Shown in pieces: positions 9,450 through 19,271 of a stretch of DNA of 64,000 bases; positions within the stretch are counted from its first letter, which is position 1, and every line of letters begins with the position of its first letter. Origin of the DNA: Leptospiraceae bacterium (lineage in GTDB: Bacteria; Spirochaetota; Leptospiria; Leptospirales; Leptospiraceae); the NCBI GenBank assembly GCA_027485405.1, contig JAIXRB010000082.1, positions 13,657 through 77,656 of the forward strand. Direction: 5' to 3'. The notes below the pieces were generated by a model that was not told the origin of the DNA, searched no databases, and saw nothing but the letters and a program-made list of their open reading frames with translations. A program made the position numbers and the translations under genes.

Positions 9450-10570
9450 AATTAGGTGTCATAGCTGAACCAGAATTTGAAAACCGAATCAGCATCACTC
9501 CTGATGTCATAGATGCATTGATAAAACTCGGTTTCGAAGTCTCCATGGAGCGTGGTGCGGGAACTAGAGCTTCGTTCTCGGACAAGGATTTTGAACAAGT
9601 TGGGGCTAAAGTCAACGGTAGAGATCAGATTTTTCAAGAATCACAAGTCCTCGTTTCCATCCATGCCCCAGACACAACAAGCTTCTCCAAAATCAATGCC
9701 AAGCACATATTAGTTGGAACTTTTCAGCCTCTGAATCGGCCAAAAGAAACTTTGGCTCTAGCTGAAACAAAAGCAAAACTCTTCTCCATGGATACCATTC
9801 CGCGTATCACACGAGCTCAATCTATGGATGTTCTGAGCTCTCAAGCCACTGTCTCCGGCTACAAAGCTGTGTTACTTGCCGCTAGCCATTACGGAAGATT
9901 TTTTCCCATGCTAACAACTGCGGCTGGAACGATCACTCCTGCTAGAGTTTTGATATTAGGTGCCGGGGTTGCGGGACTCCAAGCCATTGCAACTGCTAGA
10001 AGATTGGGGGCTGTTGTGGATGTTTTTGATACAAGGCCCGAAGTCAAAGAACAATGCATGTCCTTAGGGGCAAAGTTTGTTGAGGTGGAGGGTGCCGTAG
10101 CGGCTACCAAAACGGGAGGCTATGCGGTTGACCAGTCGGAAGACTATAAAACCCGCCAAAAAGAGGCAATCGCTAAGTTTGTCGAAAAGGCAGACATTGT
10201 GATCTCGACGGCTTTGATTCCTGGGAAAAAAGCACCTGTCCTTATTACAAAAGATATGGTTGATTCTATGCGATTAGGATCAGTGATTGTTGATCTTGCT
10301 TCCGCTTCGGGCGGAAACTGCGAAGTTTCCAAAAACAACGAAACAATTCTTTACAATGGTATAACCATTATAGGAAATTCAAATCTCCCCAGCACTCAAC
10401 CTATCGATGCAAGTCGAATGTACGCCAAAAATGTTTTCAATTTTTTTTTTTTTTTTTTTAACAAAGAAAAACAATTTGTTATCAATCGCGAAGACGAAAT
10501 TATTGAAAACTGTTTGATTGCTGAAGACGGAAGCATTCGTCACAAGGCGACTCTTGCTCTTTTGAGCTAA
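9446..10570 (+). CDS. pntAA: NAD(P) transhydrogenase alpha subunit part 1 (dI domain); no pntAB or pntB follows
   Basis: ATGA overlap with the upstream gene. Motifs [39 protein letters not shown] and [22 protein letters not shown]. Contains the in-frame T19 tract that encodes FFFFFF. Confidence 0.8.
   Translation: MKLGVIAEPEFENRISITPDVIDALIKLGFEVSMERGAGTRASFSDKDFEQVGAKVNGRDQIFQESQVLVSIHAPDTTSFSKINAKHILVGTFQPLNRPKETLALAETKAKLFSMDTIPRITRAQSMDVLSSQATVSGYKAVLLAASHYGRFFPMLTTAAGTITPARVLILGAGVAGLQAIATARRLGAVVDVFDTRPEVKEQCMSLGAKFVEVEGAVAATKTGGYAVDQSEDYKTRQKEAIAKFVEKADIVISTALIPGKKAPVLITKDMVDSMRLGSVIVDLASASGGNCEVSKNNETILYNGITIIGNSNLPSTQPIDASRMYAKNVFNFFFFFFNKEKQFVINREDEIIENCLIAEDGSIRHKATLALLS
10441..10459 (+). 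repeat. 19-nt poly(T) homopolymer inside the pntAA coding sequence
   Basis: Counted directly: caa + 19 T + aac, read as AAT TTT x6 AAC, giving N-FFFFFF-N. Confidence 0.95.
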
Positions 10571-11487
10571 GGGCTGTTTTGTTCTTTAGTTGGCTGAGTT
10601 CTCCATCTTCGATGCACCCAAAAGTACTGCTCAGGAAAAAGTTTAATCTCTTCTTGTAAAGTCTGGGTCCAATGCTTGGTATAGTGCAGTAGTATTTCGT
10701 CTCGATTGGAAAACTTCTTCTTATCTACAAAGCCTAGATCTTTTACTCGAACAATTATCTTTCCATCCTTGCCAGCTAAGACTGAATAATACAGCATTTT
10801 TGATCCTGTCATCATCGCCATAAGCACAGGCCCGGTGAACGTTGAGGCTGGACGATTCAAAAAAGGCACAAAGATCCCAGCTTTTCCTGCGTTTTGATCT
10901 GAGCCAAATCCAATCCAGTATCCTTGTTTTAAAAGTCGAATTGCTTTTGCTGAGTCTTCTACTGCAACTAACACAATTCCATTCTTTGTTCGCATGTTGT
11001 AAAGTAATCGATCGACAAAAGGATTTCTTACCTTTTTATACAAACCTGCCCCTTTCATGCGAATACCCAGGAATTGAACTAGAATTTCCCATGTCCCCAA
11101 ATGACCTGAAATCAAAACTACACCTACCTTTTCTTGTTTAGTGTTGTTCTCGATCAAAAGACTTTCAGAGTCATAATCCAAATATTTATCAAGCCATTCC
11201 TGAGTCATTCTGGGAGCCCAAAGTGTATGAGCGAGCAAGACACCTAAATGATCAAAATGCTTTTTAACTAAGTCCTGCAGTTCAGCTTCGCTTTTTTCAG
11301 GAAAGGCAAACCGCATATTATCAGCGGCAATTTTTCTGTGCTTTTTAGCAATTGGAAATAAAAAACGAGTGATCCAAACTCCGTACGACAAACAAGAAAG
11401 ATATGGTAAAAACTTAAAAGGTAAGTAAAAAAGATAAACAAAAATAAAAACGATAAAGAATTGAATCATTCGAATTAATTTCATCAT
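10567..11487 (-). CDS. lipid A late acyltransferase family protein (LpxL/HtrB-like lysophospholipid acyltransferase)
   Basis: N-terminal TM, then the family layout with [10 protein letters not shown] (an HX4E catalytic dyad as in LpxL). 306 aa. Its stop codon overlaps the pntAA stop (CTAA). Confidence 0.8.
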   Translation of the reverse strand: MMKLIRMIQFFIVFIFVYLFYLPFKFLPYLSCLSYGVWITRFLFPIAKKHRKIAADNMRFAFPEKSEAELQDLVKKHFDHLGVLLAHTLWAPRMTQEWLDKYLDYDSESLLIENNTKQEKVGVVLISGHLGTWEILVQFLGIRMKGAGLYKKVRNPFVDRLLYNMRTKNGIVLVAVEDSAKAIRLLKQGYWIGFGSDQNAGKAGIFVPFLNRPASTFTGPVLMAMMTGSKMLYYSVLAGKDGKIIVRVKDLGFVDKKKFSNRDEILLHYTKHWTQTLQEEIKLFPEQYFWVHRRWRTQPTKEQNSP

Positions 11488-11496
11488 TTAACTCCT

Positions 11497-12069
11497 TTAG
11501 TAAAATCCCTTTAAAGCGGAATAAGACCAAAAACCTATTCCTCCCCATAGAATTCCGACTATCCACCCTCCTAAAACATCACTTACAAAATGGTGTAATG
11601 TAAGAAGTCTTCCAATACCCGCAAGCAAAGATAAAACAAAAATCCAAGGAGAACACTTGAAAATAAAAACGAGTAAAAATAAGACTACCATAGAGTTAGC
11701 GCTATGCGCTGAAGGGAAACTATGTTTCATATCAGGATTTGCGTCTTGTTTCCCCATAACCTGAACAAGTGGTCTTTTGCGAGAAAAGAATTTCTTTAAG
11801 GCCAAGACTGATCGATCTGTAGAGTAAGCAAATACCATTAGAAAGATAATTATAAAATAGGGAGATTCTAAGCCCTCTCTATTCCAAAAAATAATGATTA
11901 TAGATGGAATTAAAATTGCACCTAAAATCTCCCCACGATTTATCTTGGATAATACTCGGCTGAGATTCTGACTGTGAAGATTGTTTCTTATCCAGTTTGA
12001 GATTGCTAAATCCCAGTTTTTCCAAGACTTCACAGCTTCTTTGCTTTTTCCAATAATTGATTTCTCCAA
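11497..12069 (-). CDS. PAP2-family membrane phosphatase (candidate lipid phosphatase)
   Basis: All three PAP2 motifs are present: KKFFSRKRP (KX6RP), SFPSAHS (PSGH-like) and GRLLTLHHFVSD (RX5HX3D). About 5 TM helices. Confidence 0.8.
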   Translation of the reverse strand: MEKSIIGKSKEAVKSWKNWDLAISNWIRNNLHSQNLSRVLSKINRGEILGAILIPSIIIIFWNREGLESPYFIIIFLMVFAYSTDRSVLALKKFFSRKRPLVQVMGKQDANPDMKHSFPSAHSANSMVVLFLLVFIFKCSPWIFVLSLLAGIGRLLTLHHFVSDVLGGWIVGILWGGIGFWSYSALKGFY

Positions 12070-13367
12070 ATGGATAGCTGATTTTGCAATTCTGACTCCT
12101 CAAGTTCAATTTGTTCTCGAGTTTCCATATTTTTTAGAATTAGTTTTCCTTTTTCTAATTCCTCTTGCCCAAGTAAAATTACAAATGGATAGCCTTTCTT
12201 TTCCGCGTATGATAATTGTTTATTCATTTTTTGGGAAGAAAGACCTTGGTCTACATTCCAACCATTGCTTCTTAAAGTCTTTGATATCTTATTCATCAAG
12301 GAATAGGATTTTTCTTCTAAGAATGGAATGAAAACGACTATATCCTGGTTACCGAGATTTAATAGTCCATGCGTTTCTAAAAAATCTTTAAGGGTTACAT
12401 CACCCAGACCAAAACCAGTCCCTGTTAATTCCTCTTTGGAAAACAGTCCGATTAAATTGTCGTATCTTCCGCCACCATAGAGAGATCTTTTGTTTTTAGG
12501 ATTGGTATCAAAGATTTCGAAAATGAACCCCGTATAGTAGTCAAAGCCTCGCACTATTGACGGATCAAAAATGATCATATCAGCCAATCCTAGGATTTGC
12601 AATTCATCAAACAGAGATTTTATTTCTATTTTAATTTCTTCGGATAAGCAAGTTGTACTATCAATAGACAAAAGATTTAGTTGGAGAAACTGATCTATCT
12701 TGGTTTTAGCATCTTGAACTGATGGTATGGTCTTTTCGACTAGACTATTGTATTCATCTACAGTAATTTTGTTTCTTTTGTCTAGGATTTTCGAAACTTC
12801 TTGTGATTGCTTAGCATCTAATCCCAGTTCCTTTTGAAAAAAAGAATCCAATAGCTTTCTGTGAGAGATTTTTACTTGAAATGAATTTCGAGGAGCTCCA
12901 AAGGCAAATAAGATATCACAACATATTTGTAATATTTCTAATTCTGCACGAAATGAGTTGATTCCAAAGAGATCGACGTTCAATTGCCAATGTTCCCGCA
13001 ATCGACCATGCCCTGGTTGTTCATATCTCCACAAATTAGGAATCGAAAACCATCGAATTGGTCTGGGCAATTCTCTTAATCTTCCCGCCACCATTCGTGC
13101 CACGGTTGGTGTCATTTCTGGGCGAATGGCAACTTCTCGATTTCCTTTATCTACAAAATTATATATCTGTTTGCCTACAATTTCCTCGCCCGTCTTTGCC
13201 TTATACAAATCAAGAGATTCGATCATGGGTCCATCGTATTCTTCGTATCCATAGGAAGAGACTACCCTCTTCATGGTTGAAAAAAGATAGTTGCGAATGC
13301 GCATATCTTCAGGATAAAAGTCTCGAGTACCTTTATAATTCTCAGTTGTTAGCTTTTGATCTTTCAA
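12030..13367 (-). CDS. hisS: histidine--tRNA ligase
   Basis: Class II aaRS motifs: GTRDFYPED, FRYEQP-like NLWRYEQPGHGRLREHWQLNVDLFG, and GGGRYDNL. 445 aa. Confidence 0.93.
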   Translation of the reverse strand: MKDQKLTTENYKGTRDFYPEDMRIRNYLFSTMKRVVSSYGYEEYDGPMIESLDLYKAKTGEEIVGKQIYNFVDKGNREVAIRPEMTPTVARMVAGRLRELPRPIRWFSIPNLWRYEQPGHGRLREHWQLNVDLFGINSFRAELEILQICCDILFAFGAPRNSFQVKISHRKLLDSFFQKELGLDAKQSQEVSKILDKRNKITVDEYNSLVEKTIPSVQDAKTKIDQFLQLNLLSIDSTTCLSEEIKIEIKSLFDELQILGLADMIIFDPSIVRGFDYYTGFIFEIFDTNPKNKRSLYGGGRYDNLIGLFSKEELTGTGFGLGDVTLKDFLETHGLLNLGNQDIVVFIPFLEEKSYSLMNKISKTLRSNGWNVDQGLSSQKMNKQLSYAEKKGYPFVILLGQEELEKGKLILKNMETREQIELEESELQNQLSIWRNQLLEKAKKL

Positions 13368-13379
13368 GAAAAATCCTAG

Positions 13380-14504
13380 TTATTTTATAAACTTCAAAAG
13401 ACTGTCGTACACTTCTTTTCCTCGACTGTCGCCACTGATTCCAACAATTTCTAAACCAGCTATATGGAAATCATTAATTCTTTGCAAATACCTGAGCTCC
13501 AGAGCCATTCGAATAGGTGCTTGCATTTTGAAATTAACATCTATAGTCATGGATGGCTTGATTTGGAGTGCCTTTGCGATTTCAGCATTCTTGATTTCAA
13601 GGGCCATTCCGTTTCGAGACAAATTGATCACATTCTGTTTAATATCGATAGTATGAGTGTTGGAGTCCAAAATTCTTCGCTGAAACTCTTTTTCCACCTT
13701 AGAATAAAGATCATATACTTCATCTGTAATGGGTGTTCTATCAGAGGTGATCATTAAAAGAGCAAAGAATAGAGGCTCTTTCAATTTAATGTAAATCGGA
13801 AAATAAAGATACGAGCCTATTTTTTTGATTTTGTACTCAGCCATCTTGTCTTCCAAAAGGAAATCTTCCTCAAAGGAAGTTTTTGGATTAAAGACATCAA
13901 AGCCTTTAGCAGAATCCATGGTTTGAGTATTTTTTATAAAGATAGGTTTTTTCATTTGTTTAATGAGGTCTATCTCTTCGCCAACTGGCATATTTGAAGT
14001 AAAGAAAATCTTTGAATGAGAATGCTCTTTCAGTAACGTTTTATGAATATCAGACAGAATTACTTGTGAGCTAACGCCACTCAGCTTAGCAAAATCTATA
14101 TCTGTTTTTGCAATTAAAAAATTGGAACTTTGAACGCTTCCATAGACTCTCGTGTTTCGTTCTTCTTTTCGTATAGCTGTTGATTTGTGTGCTCCAACTA
14201 ACTTACCAAGAATCATATTGTCTTTTTGATTTACTAAATCATAAGTAGCTTCTACATAATTCTCCCCAACCGAATAGACTTGAAACTTTGGAGTTGGAAA
14301 TTCAGGAACAGTGTCCATTTCGAAAATATGAGTTCCATCTGCCCTTGGCCCTTTGAATCGCAGTTTGATTGGCATATCGTAACCTTTTAAGTAGACACCC
14401 ACAGTTGGGCTCATCTCCCGAAGTATGTCCGAAACAATGTCGCGAGATTCTATTTTCTCAAAGGGACGATCAGTTTGATAAATTTGAATTAAGTAGTGTG
14501 CCAT
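13380..14504 (-). CDS. hypothetical protein with a possible PilZ-like C-terminal domain
   Basis: 374-aa ORF. The C-terminal QRRILDS-x16-INLSRNGMALEI... resembles the PilZ RxxxR / (D/N)xSxxG layout with an incomplete first motif. Not verified. Confidence 0.55.
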   Translation of the reverse strand: MAHYLIQIYQTDRPFEKIESRDIVSDILREMSPTVGVYLKGYDMPIKLRFKGPRADGTHIFEMDTVPEFPTPKFQVYSVGENYVEATYDLVNQKDNMILGKLVGAHKSTAIRKEERNTRVYGSVQSSNFLIAKTDIDFAKLSGVSSQVILSDIHKTLLKEHSHSKIFFTSNMPVGEEIDLIKQMKKPIFIKNTQTMDSAKGFDVFNPKTSFEEDFLLEDKMAEYKIKKIGSYLYFPIYIKLKEPLFFALLMITSDRTPITDEVYDLYSKVEKEFQRRILDSNTHTIDIKQNVINLSRNGMALEIKNAEIAKALQIKPSMTIDVNFKMQAPIRMALELRYLQRINDFHIAGLEIVGISGDSRGKEVYDSLLKFIK

Positions 14505-14506
14505 TT

Positions 14507-16522
14507 TTAGTCCAATCTTTTGAAATTCACTCTTCTATTCTTAGCCCTGCCTGTTTCCGTTTCATTCTCTTCAATTGGTTGGGAGTAGTAGTAGGCTTGT
14601 ATTTTCATTTGCTTAGTTGGAACCTTTTTTGAAAGAAGATATTCAAAGACTGCTTTAGCTCTGTCTTCGCTCAATTTAATATTATACTCTTTGCTACCTA
14701 CGTTGTCTGTGTGTCCGCCAATCTCTAAACTCTCTTCTTTAGTCGCAATCAAATGCAAAGCTAGTTGATCCAGGACCATTTTGTCTTCATCGCTAATAAC
14801 TTTTTGGTTAAACGGAAAGTAGATCACAGCATTATACAATGGATTGAAATCTTTCAGATTTCTCAAGAAAAGAACAGTTTCTTTACCTTTCATTCCTTCA
14901 ATTTTATCTTTCGAAAAAATGAAAGTCTCTGTTTTGTAGTCCTTTGCTTTGGTCAGTAATTCAAAATCTACTATTTCTTGTTTTTCGATATAATGAACAG
15001 ATTCGAATTTTTTAAGTTTTGACCCTCTTCTATTTTTATCATCGAAGTATGTAATCTCGGATTCAGATATAACCTCAAGCGTAAGCCTATCTTTTACTAT
15101 AAATCTATATGCATTTTCAGGAATTTCAAACCTTTTAGGCTTTTCAGGTTTAATCGCTTGTAAAATGATTTTGCTATACTGCTCTTTATTTCTACCAATG
15201 TTTCCCCTCAAATCCAGACTGATTTCATTCGGTTGAAATCCAGGTGAAGAAACCTCAACCCGATAGATTTTTCCGGTTTTCAATGTAGTTGAGAAATTTT
15301 CTAAATCAGAACCAGAAAGGTCTCCACCAATTCGCTTGGATGTGATGACTTGGATGGGAATTGTTCCATCAAAGATTTTTATAGTGGAATCAAGACCTAT
15401 CATATGATTTTCAGATCCATCTAAAACCAAACCACGAAATACGAAATCGTAAGTCCTTCTCAAATCCTCTGGAACTTGGGTTCTATAAATGTCAAATTGC
15501 CCTTTGCCGCCTGGACGGTTTGAAGCATAATAAAACCAAAGGTCATCAAAAGTGACACTGAGTCCTTCATTATCACTTTCCTCCCAAAGACTGTAAGTCG
15601 AATAGTCGTTCGGTGTATCAAAAGGATAGCCAGTCGAGTTTGGACTCATCTTTCGACTCGTATTGAAAGGCATCCCCAAAAGTCTAATCTCAGAAAATTC
15701 TCCTAAGATCATATCAAACTCAGAATAAAAATAAGAAAACTTTTTATTTTGGTCTTCTTTATCAGAACTAAAATAGATTCGATTTCCATCCCAGTGAAAA
15801 CTAGGCATAATCTCATTTGCGGCAGAGTTTAACTGCTTACCTAAGTTAATTGGTTTTTGCCAGATTCCTTCTTTACACTTCAAGAAGGGCTTATCCGGTT
15901 TTGGTTGTAATTTTTTGTCTTCGCTTGTTGGGGCTCTTTTGGACATCCAAAGATCAAAACCACCCCACCCTCCAGGTCTGTTCGAAGAAAAAATCATGGA
16001 ACAACCATCTGGTGAAATAGCTGGCATCTTATCTTCAAAGTGTGAATTGATTTCATTCAAATGAATGGGGACAGACCAATTCCCCGTTCTTGCATTGATT
16101 TTGGTAAAATAGATATTGAGTTCATCAAACCCTTCCCGATTTTTTTTGGGGTCAGAGTCTTGGTTTCTCACGGAAGTAAAATACAATTCGTACGGCTTTT
16201 CATTCTCATCGAAGAGAATAGAAAACATTCCTTCAAAGTTTGGTGAATTCAATTCTCGGAAATTTTTGGGTTCTGACCAAACAGGAGTTTTCATTCTATC
16301 TGGAAAGCTCTTGTTTTCAGAAACCCAAATATCCATTCCACCTTCCCCACCTGGGCGGTTGCTCTGAAAAACTAAGTATCGTCCATCGGGAGAAATAATT
16401 GGGTTGTATTCCACATTTTGGGTATTGAGAGGCTCCACAAAAGGCAAATCCCGATATTTGGGAAGAGGCTGAGAGGCCAAAGCTAAGGTGCAGAAATAGA
16501 CAATTGCAATTTTAAGTCTCAT
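14507..16522 (-). CDS. outer-membrane-associated protein with TolB-like (PD40) beta-propeller repeats and a C-terminal OmpA peptidoglycan-binding domain
   Basis: Repeated ISPDGRYLVFQSNRPGGEGGMDIW, ISPDGCSMIFSSNRPGGWGGFDLW and YYASNRPGGKGQFDIY. C-terminal GHTDNVGSKEYNIKLSEDRAKAV...NRRVNF. Start moved to the Met preceding the signal peptide MRLKIAIVYFCTLALA. Confidence 0.85.
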   Translation of the reverse strand: MRLKIAIVYFCTLALASQPLPKYRDLPFVEPLNTQNVEYNPIISPDGRYLVFQSNRPGGEGGMDIWVSENKSFPDRMKTPVWSEPKNFRELNSPNFEGMFSILFDENEKPYELYFTSVRNQDSDPKKNREGFDELNIYFTKINARTGNWSVPIHLNEINSHFEDKMPAISPDGCSMIFSSNRPGGWGGFDLWMSKRAPTSEDKKLQPKPDKPFLKCKEGIWQKPINLGKQLNSAANEIMPSFHWDGNRIYFSSDKEDQNKKFSYFYSEFDMILGEFSEIRLLGMPFNTSRKMSPNSTGYPFDTPNDYSTYSLWEESDNEGLSVTFDDLWFYYASNRPGGKGQFDIYRTQVPEDLRRTYDFVFRGLVLDGSENHMIGLDSTIKIFDGTIPIQVITSKRIGGDLSGSDLENFSTTLKTGKIYRVEVSSPGFQPNEISLDLRGNIGRNKEQYSKIILQAIKPEKPKRFEIPENAYRFIVKDRLTLEVISESEITYFDDKNRRGSKLKKFESVHYIEKQEIVDFELLTKAKDYKTETFIFSKDKIEGMKGKETVLFLRNLKDFNPLYNAVIYFPFNQKVISDEDKMVLDQLALHLIATKEESLEIGGHTDNVGSKEYNIKLSEDRAKAVFEYLLSKKVPTKQMKIQAYYYSQPIEENETETGRAKNRRVNFKRLD

Positions 16523-16617
16523 TTTGGCTTCCTTAGAATCTATCGGTTTATCTGAATTTTCTGCCAAGGGAAAAAAGAATCGGGATTTTAATCGTGGGGC
16601 TATCTCTAGGCTAAAGA

Positions 16618-17427
16618 ATGACTTCCCTTTTTGGAATTTTAAACCTCAGCACTGATTCGTTTTCCGACGGCGGAGAATTCTCTGAATTCGCCAAAGCCGT
16701 TGACCAAGGAAACTTACTTTTACAACAAGGGGCAAGTGTTTTGGACTTGGGAGCCCAGTCTTCCAATCCAGAAGCCAAGCTCAAAACCCCAGAAGAAGAA
16801 TTGGCTCTGCTCGATCCGATCTTACATCACTTTGTTCAAAAAGGGGTCTCTATCAGTGTAGATTCTTTTCAACCAAAAGTGCAAGGACTTGCCGCAAAGG
16901 CAGGGGCGAGCTTTCTAAATGATATTTCTGGATTTACTCACCCTGATTCCAAGTCCATGTTAGCGGAATTAGATTCTTCAAAATTTCCGAGTTTAGTTGT
17001 TATGCATTCTCATACGGGTGGAATCGCAAATTTATCGGAAGGTTCGTTGAACATAGGCAATGTTGTCTCCAAAATCCTAGGTTTTTTTAGAGATCGAAAG
17101 AAACAGTTGAATGAATGGAACATCCCAGATTCTAAGTTGATTTTTGATCCAGGAATGGGCTTTTTTCTAGGTAAAGACCCAGAGCTTTCTTACGAAGTTT
17201 TGCGACAAATCGATGTGTTTTTAAAAGAATTTCCTAATTTACTAATCTCTGTTTCTCGAAAATCTTTTTTAACATCGATAGCTGGAAATGTGCCCCCAAA
17301 AGAAAGGGAGAATGCTACTTTATTAGTTGAGTCCTATCTCATCCAAAAGAAAGTCCCTTGGATTCGGACTCACAATCCAGCAAAAGTTATCCAAAGCAAA
17401 AACTGGTTTCGTCTACTCTCTTCCTGA
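16618..17427 (+). CDS. folP: dihydropteroate synthase
   Basis: GILNLSTDSFSDGG at the N-terminus, DLGAQSS, ISVDSF, NDISG and DPGMGF motifs. Confidence 0.9.
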   Translation: MTSLFGILNLSTDSFSDGGEFSEFAKAVDQGNLLLQQGASVLDLGAQSSNPEAKLKTPEEELALLDPILHHFVQKGVSISVDSFQPKVQGLAAKAGASFLNDISGFTHPDSKSMLAELDSSKFPSLVVMHSHTGGIANLSEGSLNIGNVVSKILGFFRDRKKQLNEWNIPDSKLIFDPGMGFFLGKDPELSYEVLRQIDVFLKEFPNLLISVSRKSFLTSIAGNVPPKERENATLLVESYLIQKKVPWIRTHNPAKVIQSKNWFRLLSS

Positions 17428-18330
17428 TCTGATTCTTTTTCTTATTCCATCCTTTTCCAAAGTGGGGAAGAAAACAGTTTCAGGAACAAGATAACCGGAC
17501 TTTTCTGCGGCTTTTAAATGAGGAATTAAAGGTTTCCAATCTGGATTTTCTTCAACCACAAGCAAAGTATCTCTCCATAATTCCAAAAAGCTTACTTTAC
17601 TCTTTTCGCTATCCGGTGCATCTTTGGCCCATTTTAAGGCTTCCGTATAGAAACCTAACTGAAAGTTGGCCTTAAGTCCATAAAAATGATAGTCCTTTCT
17701 TTTTTTTGCAACTTTCGTGAGTGATTTCAAGATATCCAAAACACCATACCACTTTCCATTTTCAGTCAAAACCTCTGCCATTCCAAACAGAGCTTCTTCA
17801 TGAAAAGGATTCACTTCTAAAATCTGGTTAAAATAGCTTTCAGCAAAACCAAAGTTACCTAAGACTAAATAGTATTTTCCAAGTTCTTCCCATGAGAAAA
17901 TCTCCCAATCGGGAACTTTTGAAAGTGCATCTAAAGTAATAACTCGCTCGTCCCATCGATTCGACTCGTACAATGTCTCTAGGAGGTTTAAGTAAAAGGT
18001 TTTTTGATTTGGAGTATAGGATTTCCTGATCTTTACTTTGATTTCTTCATATTCATCAAGTAAGTAGTAAAACCTCAATTGATTCAGTCGAATCGTAGAA
18101 CTCAGAGGAAACTCTTTTGTGCAAATCTCCCATTGTTGAATTGCCTCTTTCAAACGAGAATTTCTAGAGTATAACACACCCAACCGATTGCATTCTTTAG
18201 CTGACTCTTCAATGCCTTGGATTGTTAGATAAGGATCTTCTTCCAAAATCTCCGGATTTCGAATTGTTTGCTGACAAGAAATTCCCAAAAGCAACAAAAT
18301 ACCGAAAAGCTGGTTGATTAAGACTCTCAT
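17413..18330 (-). CDS. TPR-repeat lipoprotein
   Basis: Signal plus lipobox MRVLINQLFGILLLLGISC, followed by TPR-like helical repeats (e.g. GNFGFAESYFNQILEVNPFHEEALFGMAEV). Confidence 0.7.
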   Translation of the reverse strand: MRVLINQLFGILLLLGISCQQTIRNPEILEEDPYLTIQGIEESAKECNRLGVLYSRNSRLKEAIQQWEICTKEFPLSSTIRLNQLRFYYLLDEYEEIKVKIRKSYTPNQKTFYLNLLETLYESNRWDERVITLDALSKVPDWEIFSWEELGKYYLVLGNFGFAESYFNQILEVNPFHEEALFGMAEVLTENGKWYGVLDILKSLTKVAKKRKDYHFYGLKANFQLGFYTEALKWAKDAPDSEKSKVSFLELWRDTLLVVEENPDWKPLIPHLKAAEKSGYLVPETVFFPTLEKDGIRKRIRSGRE

Positions 18331-18349
18331 CCTCAAAAATTGAAACAAC

Positions 18350-19165
18350 CTAACTATTTTCAGAATCTTTTAGTTTTTGCGCATAGACCAAATACTGAAC
18401 TGCTTTTTCCGGATCGCCGTTAAACAAATAAAGCAAACTTAAATCCAAAGCCTCTTGGGGATCGGGTGGAGAAAAATTTTCTGGATTTTCCTCGGCAAGA
18501 TTCAGCTTTGCTTTAAACTCTTTCAGCTTTTTCTTCGCTTTAACTTGAATTTGCTGAAATGACTTTCTTGCAACTGCATCTTCTTCTTGCCATGCTTTTT
18601 CGATAGTTTGATTGAAGCTGATAAAACCTTGGTCTTTCGTAACCATTTCTTTTAGAAGAGTAGCGCTCTGTTTAAAATTTCCTTGCTTCGCCAATACCTC
18701 TGTTTTGAGAATTTTGAGCTGCGGGTTGTTTGGATACAGGGTCAGGTATCTTTCTAACATTTGTAAACTTTCAGGGAAGCGATTCTTTTCGTAATAGAAC
18801 ATTGCGAGTCCTCCTAGAGCTGATTTCTGTGTTTCGTCGATTTTTAATACATTTTGTAGATAGATTTCTGTTTTTTCATCATTTCCATCCCATTGATAGA
18901 TTTGGGCTACAAGGAGATGCGCCGGTATAAATCTTCGTTCCGCGTGAAGGCAAGCTTTCAAATTTTGAAGAGCCCTCACCATTTCTCCTAATTTATAAAA
19001 GGAAATGCCTGCATTGTAAAAAGCTTTGTAACTCTTTGTCTTTTCTGCTTGGCTTTGGAATAAATCCCCTGACTGGCGATACAGATCTGCGGCTTCTTCG
19101 CTTTTCCCCTCTTTATCAAGAGCTACGGCTTGAGAGTACAGTCTTTCTGCGAGATTCTGTTCCAT
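18350..19165 (-). CDS. TPR-repeat protein
   Basis: Several TPR-like units (AADLYRQSGDLF, AFYNAGISFYKLGEMVRALQNLKACL, ALGGLAMFYYEKNRFPESLQMLERYLTLYPNN). Confidence 0.7.
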   Translation of the reverse strand: MEQNLAERLYSQAVALDKEGKSEEAADLYRQSGDLFQSQAEKTKSYKAFYNAGISFYKLGEMVRALQNLKACLHAERRFIPAHLLVAQIYQWDGNDEKTEIYLQNVLKIDETQKSALGGLAMFYYEKNRFPESLQMLERYLTLYPNNPQLKILKTEVLAKQGNFKQSATLLKEMVTKDQGFISFNQTIEKAWQEEDAVARKSFQQIQVKAKKKLKEFKAKLNLAEENPENFSPPDPQEALDLSLLYLFNGDPEKAVQYLVYAQKLKDSENS

Positions 19166-19271
19166 TCCCTAACTACTATCGTAAACTATTTTAAATTTAG
19201 CCCAAAGAAAACAACGGGGCAAATCTGTTTTTCTTCCGATCTTTTGTTTAGAATTGAGGTAGGAGAACTAG

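Noticed and set aside
12030-12069. 40-nt overlap between the hisS 3' end and the PAP2 gene start.
   Set aside because: This probably reflects ordinary gene packing or an uncertain PAP2 start. There is no internal ATG before the first TM helix, but alternative start codons cannot be excluded. I do not consider it evidence of recoding.
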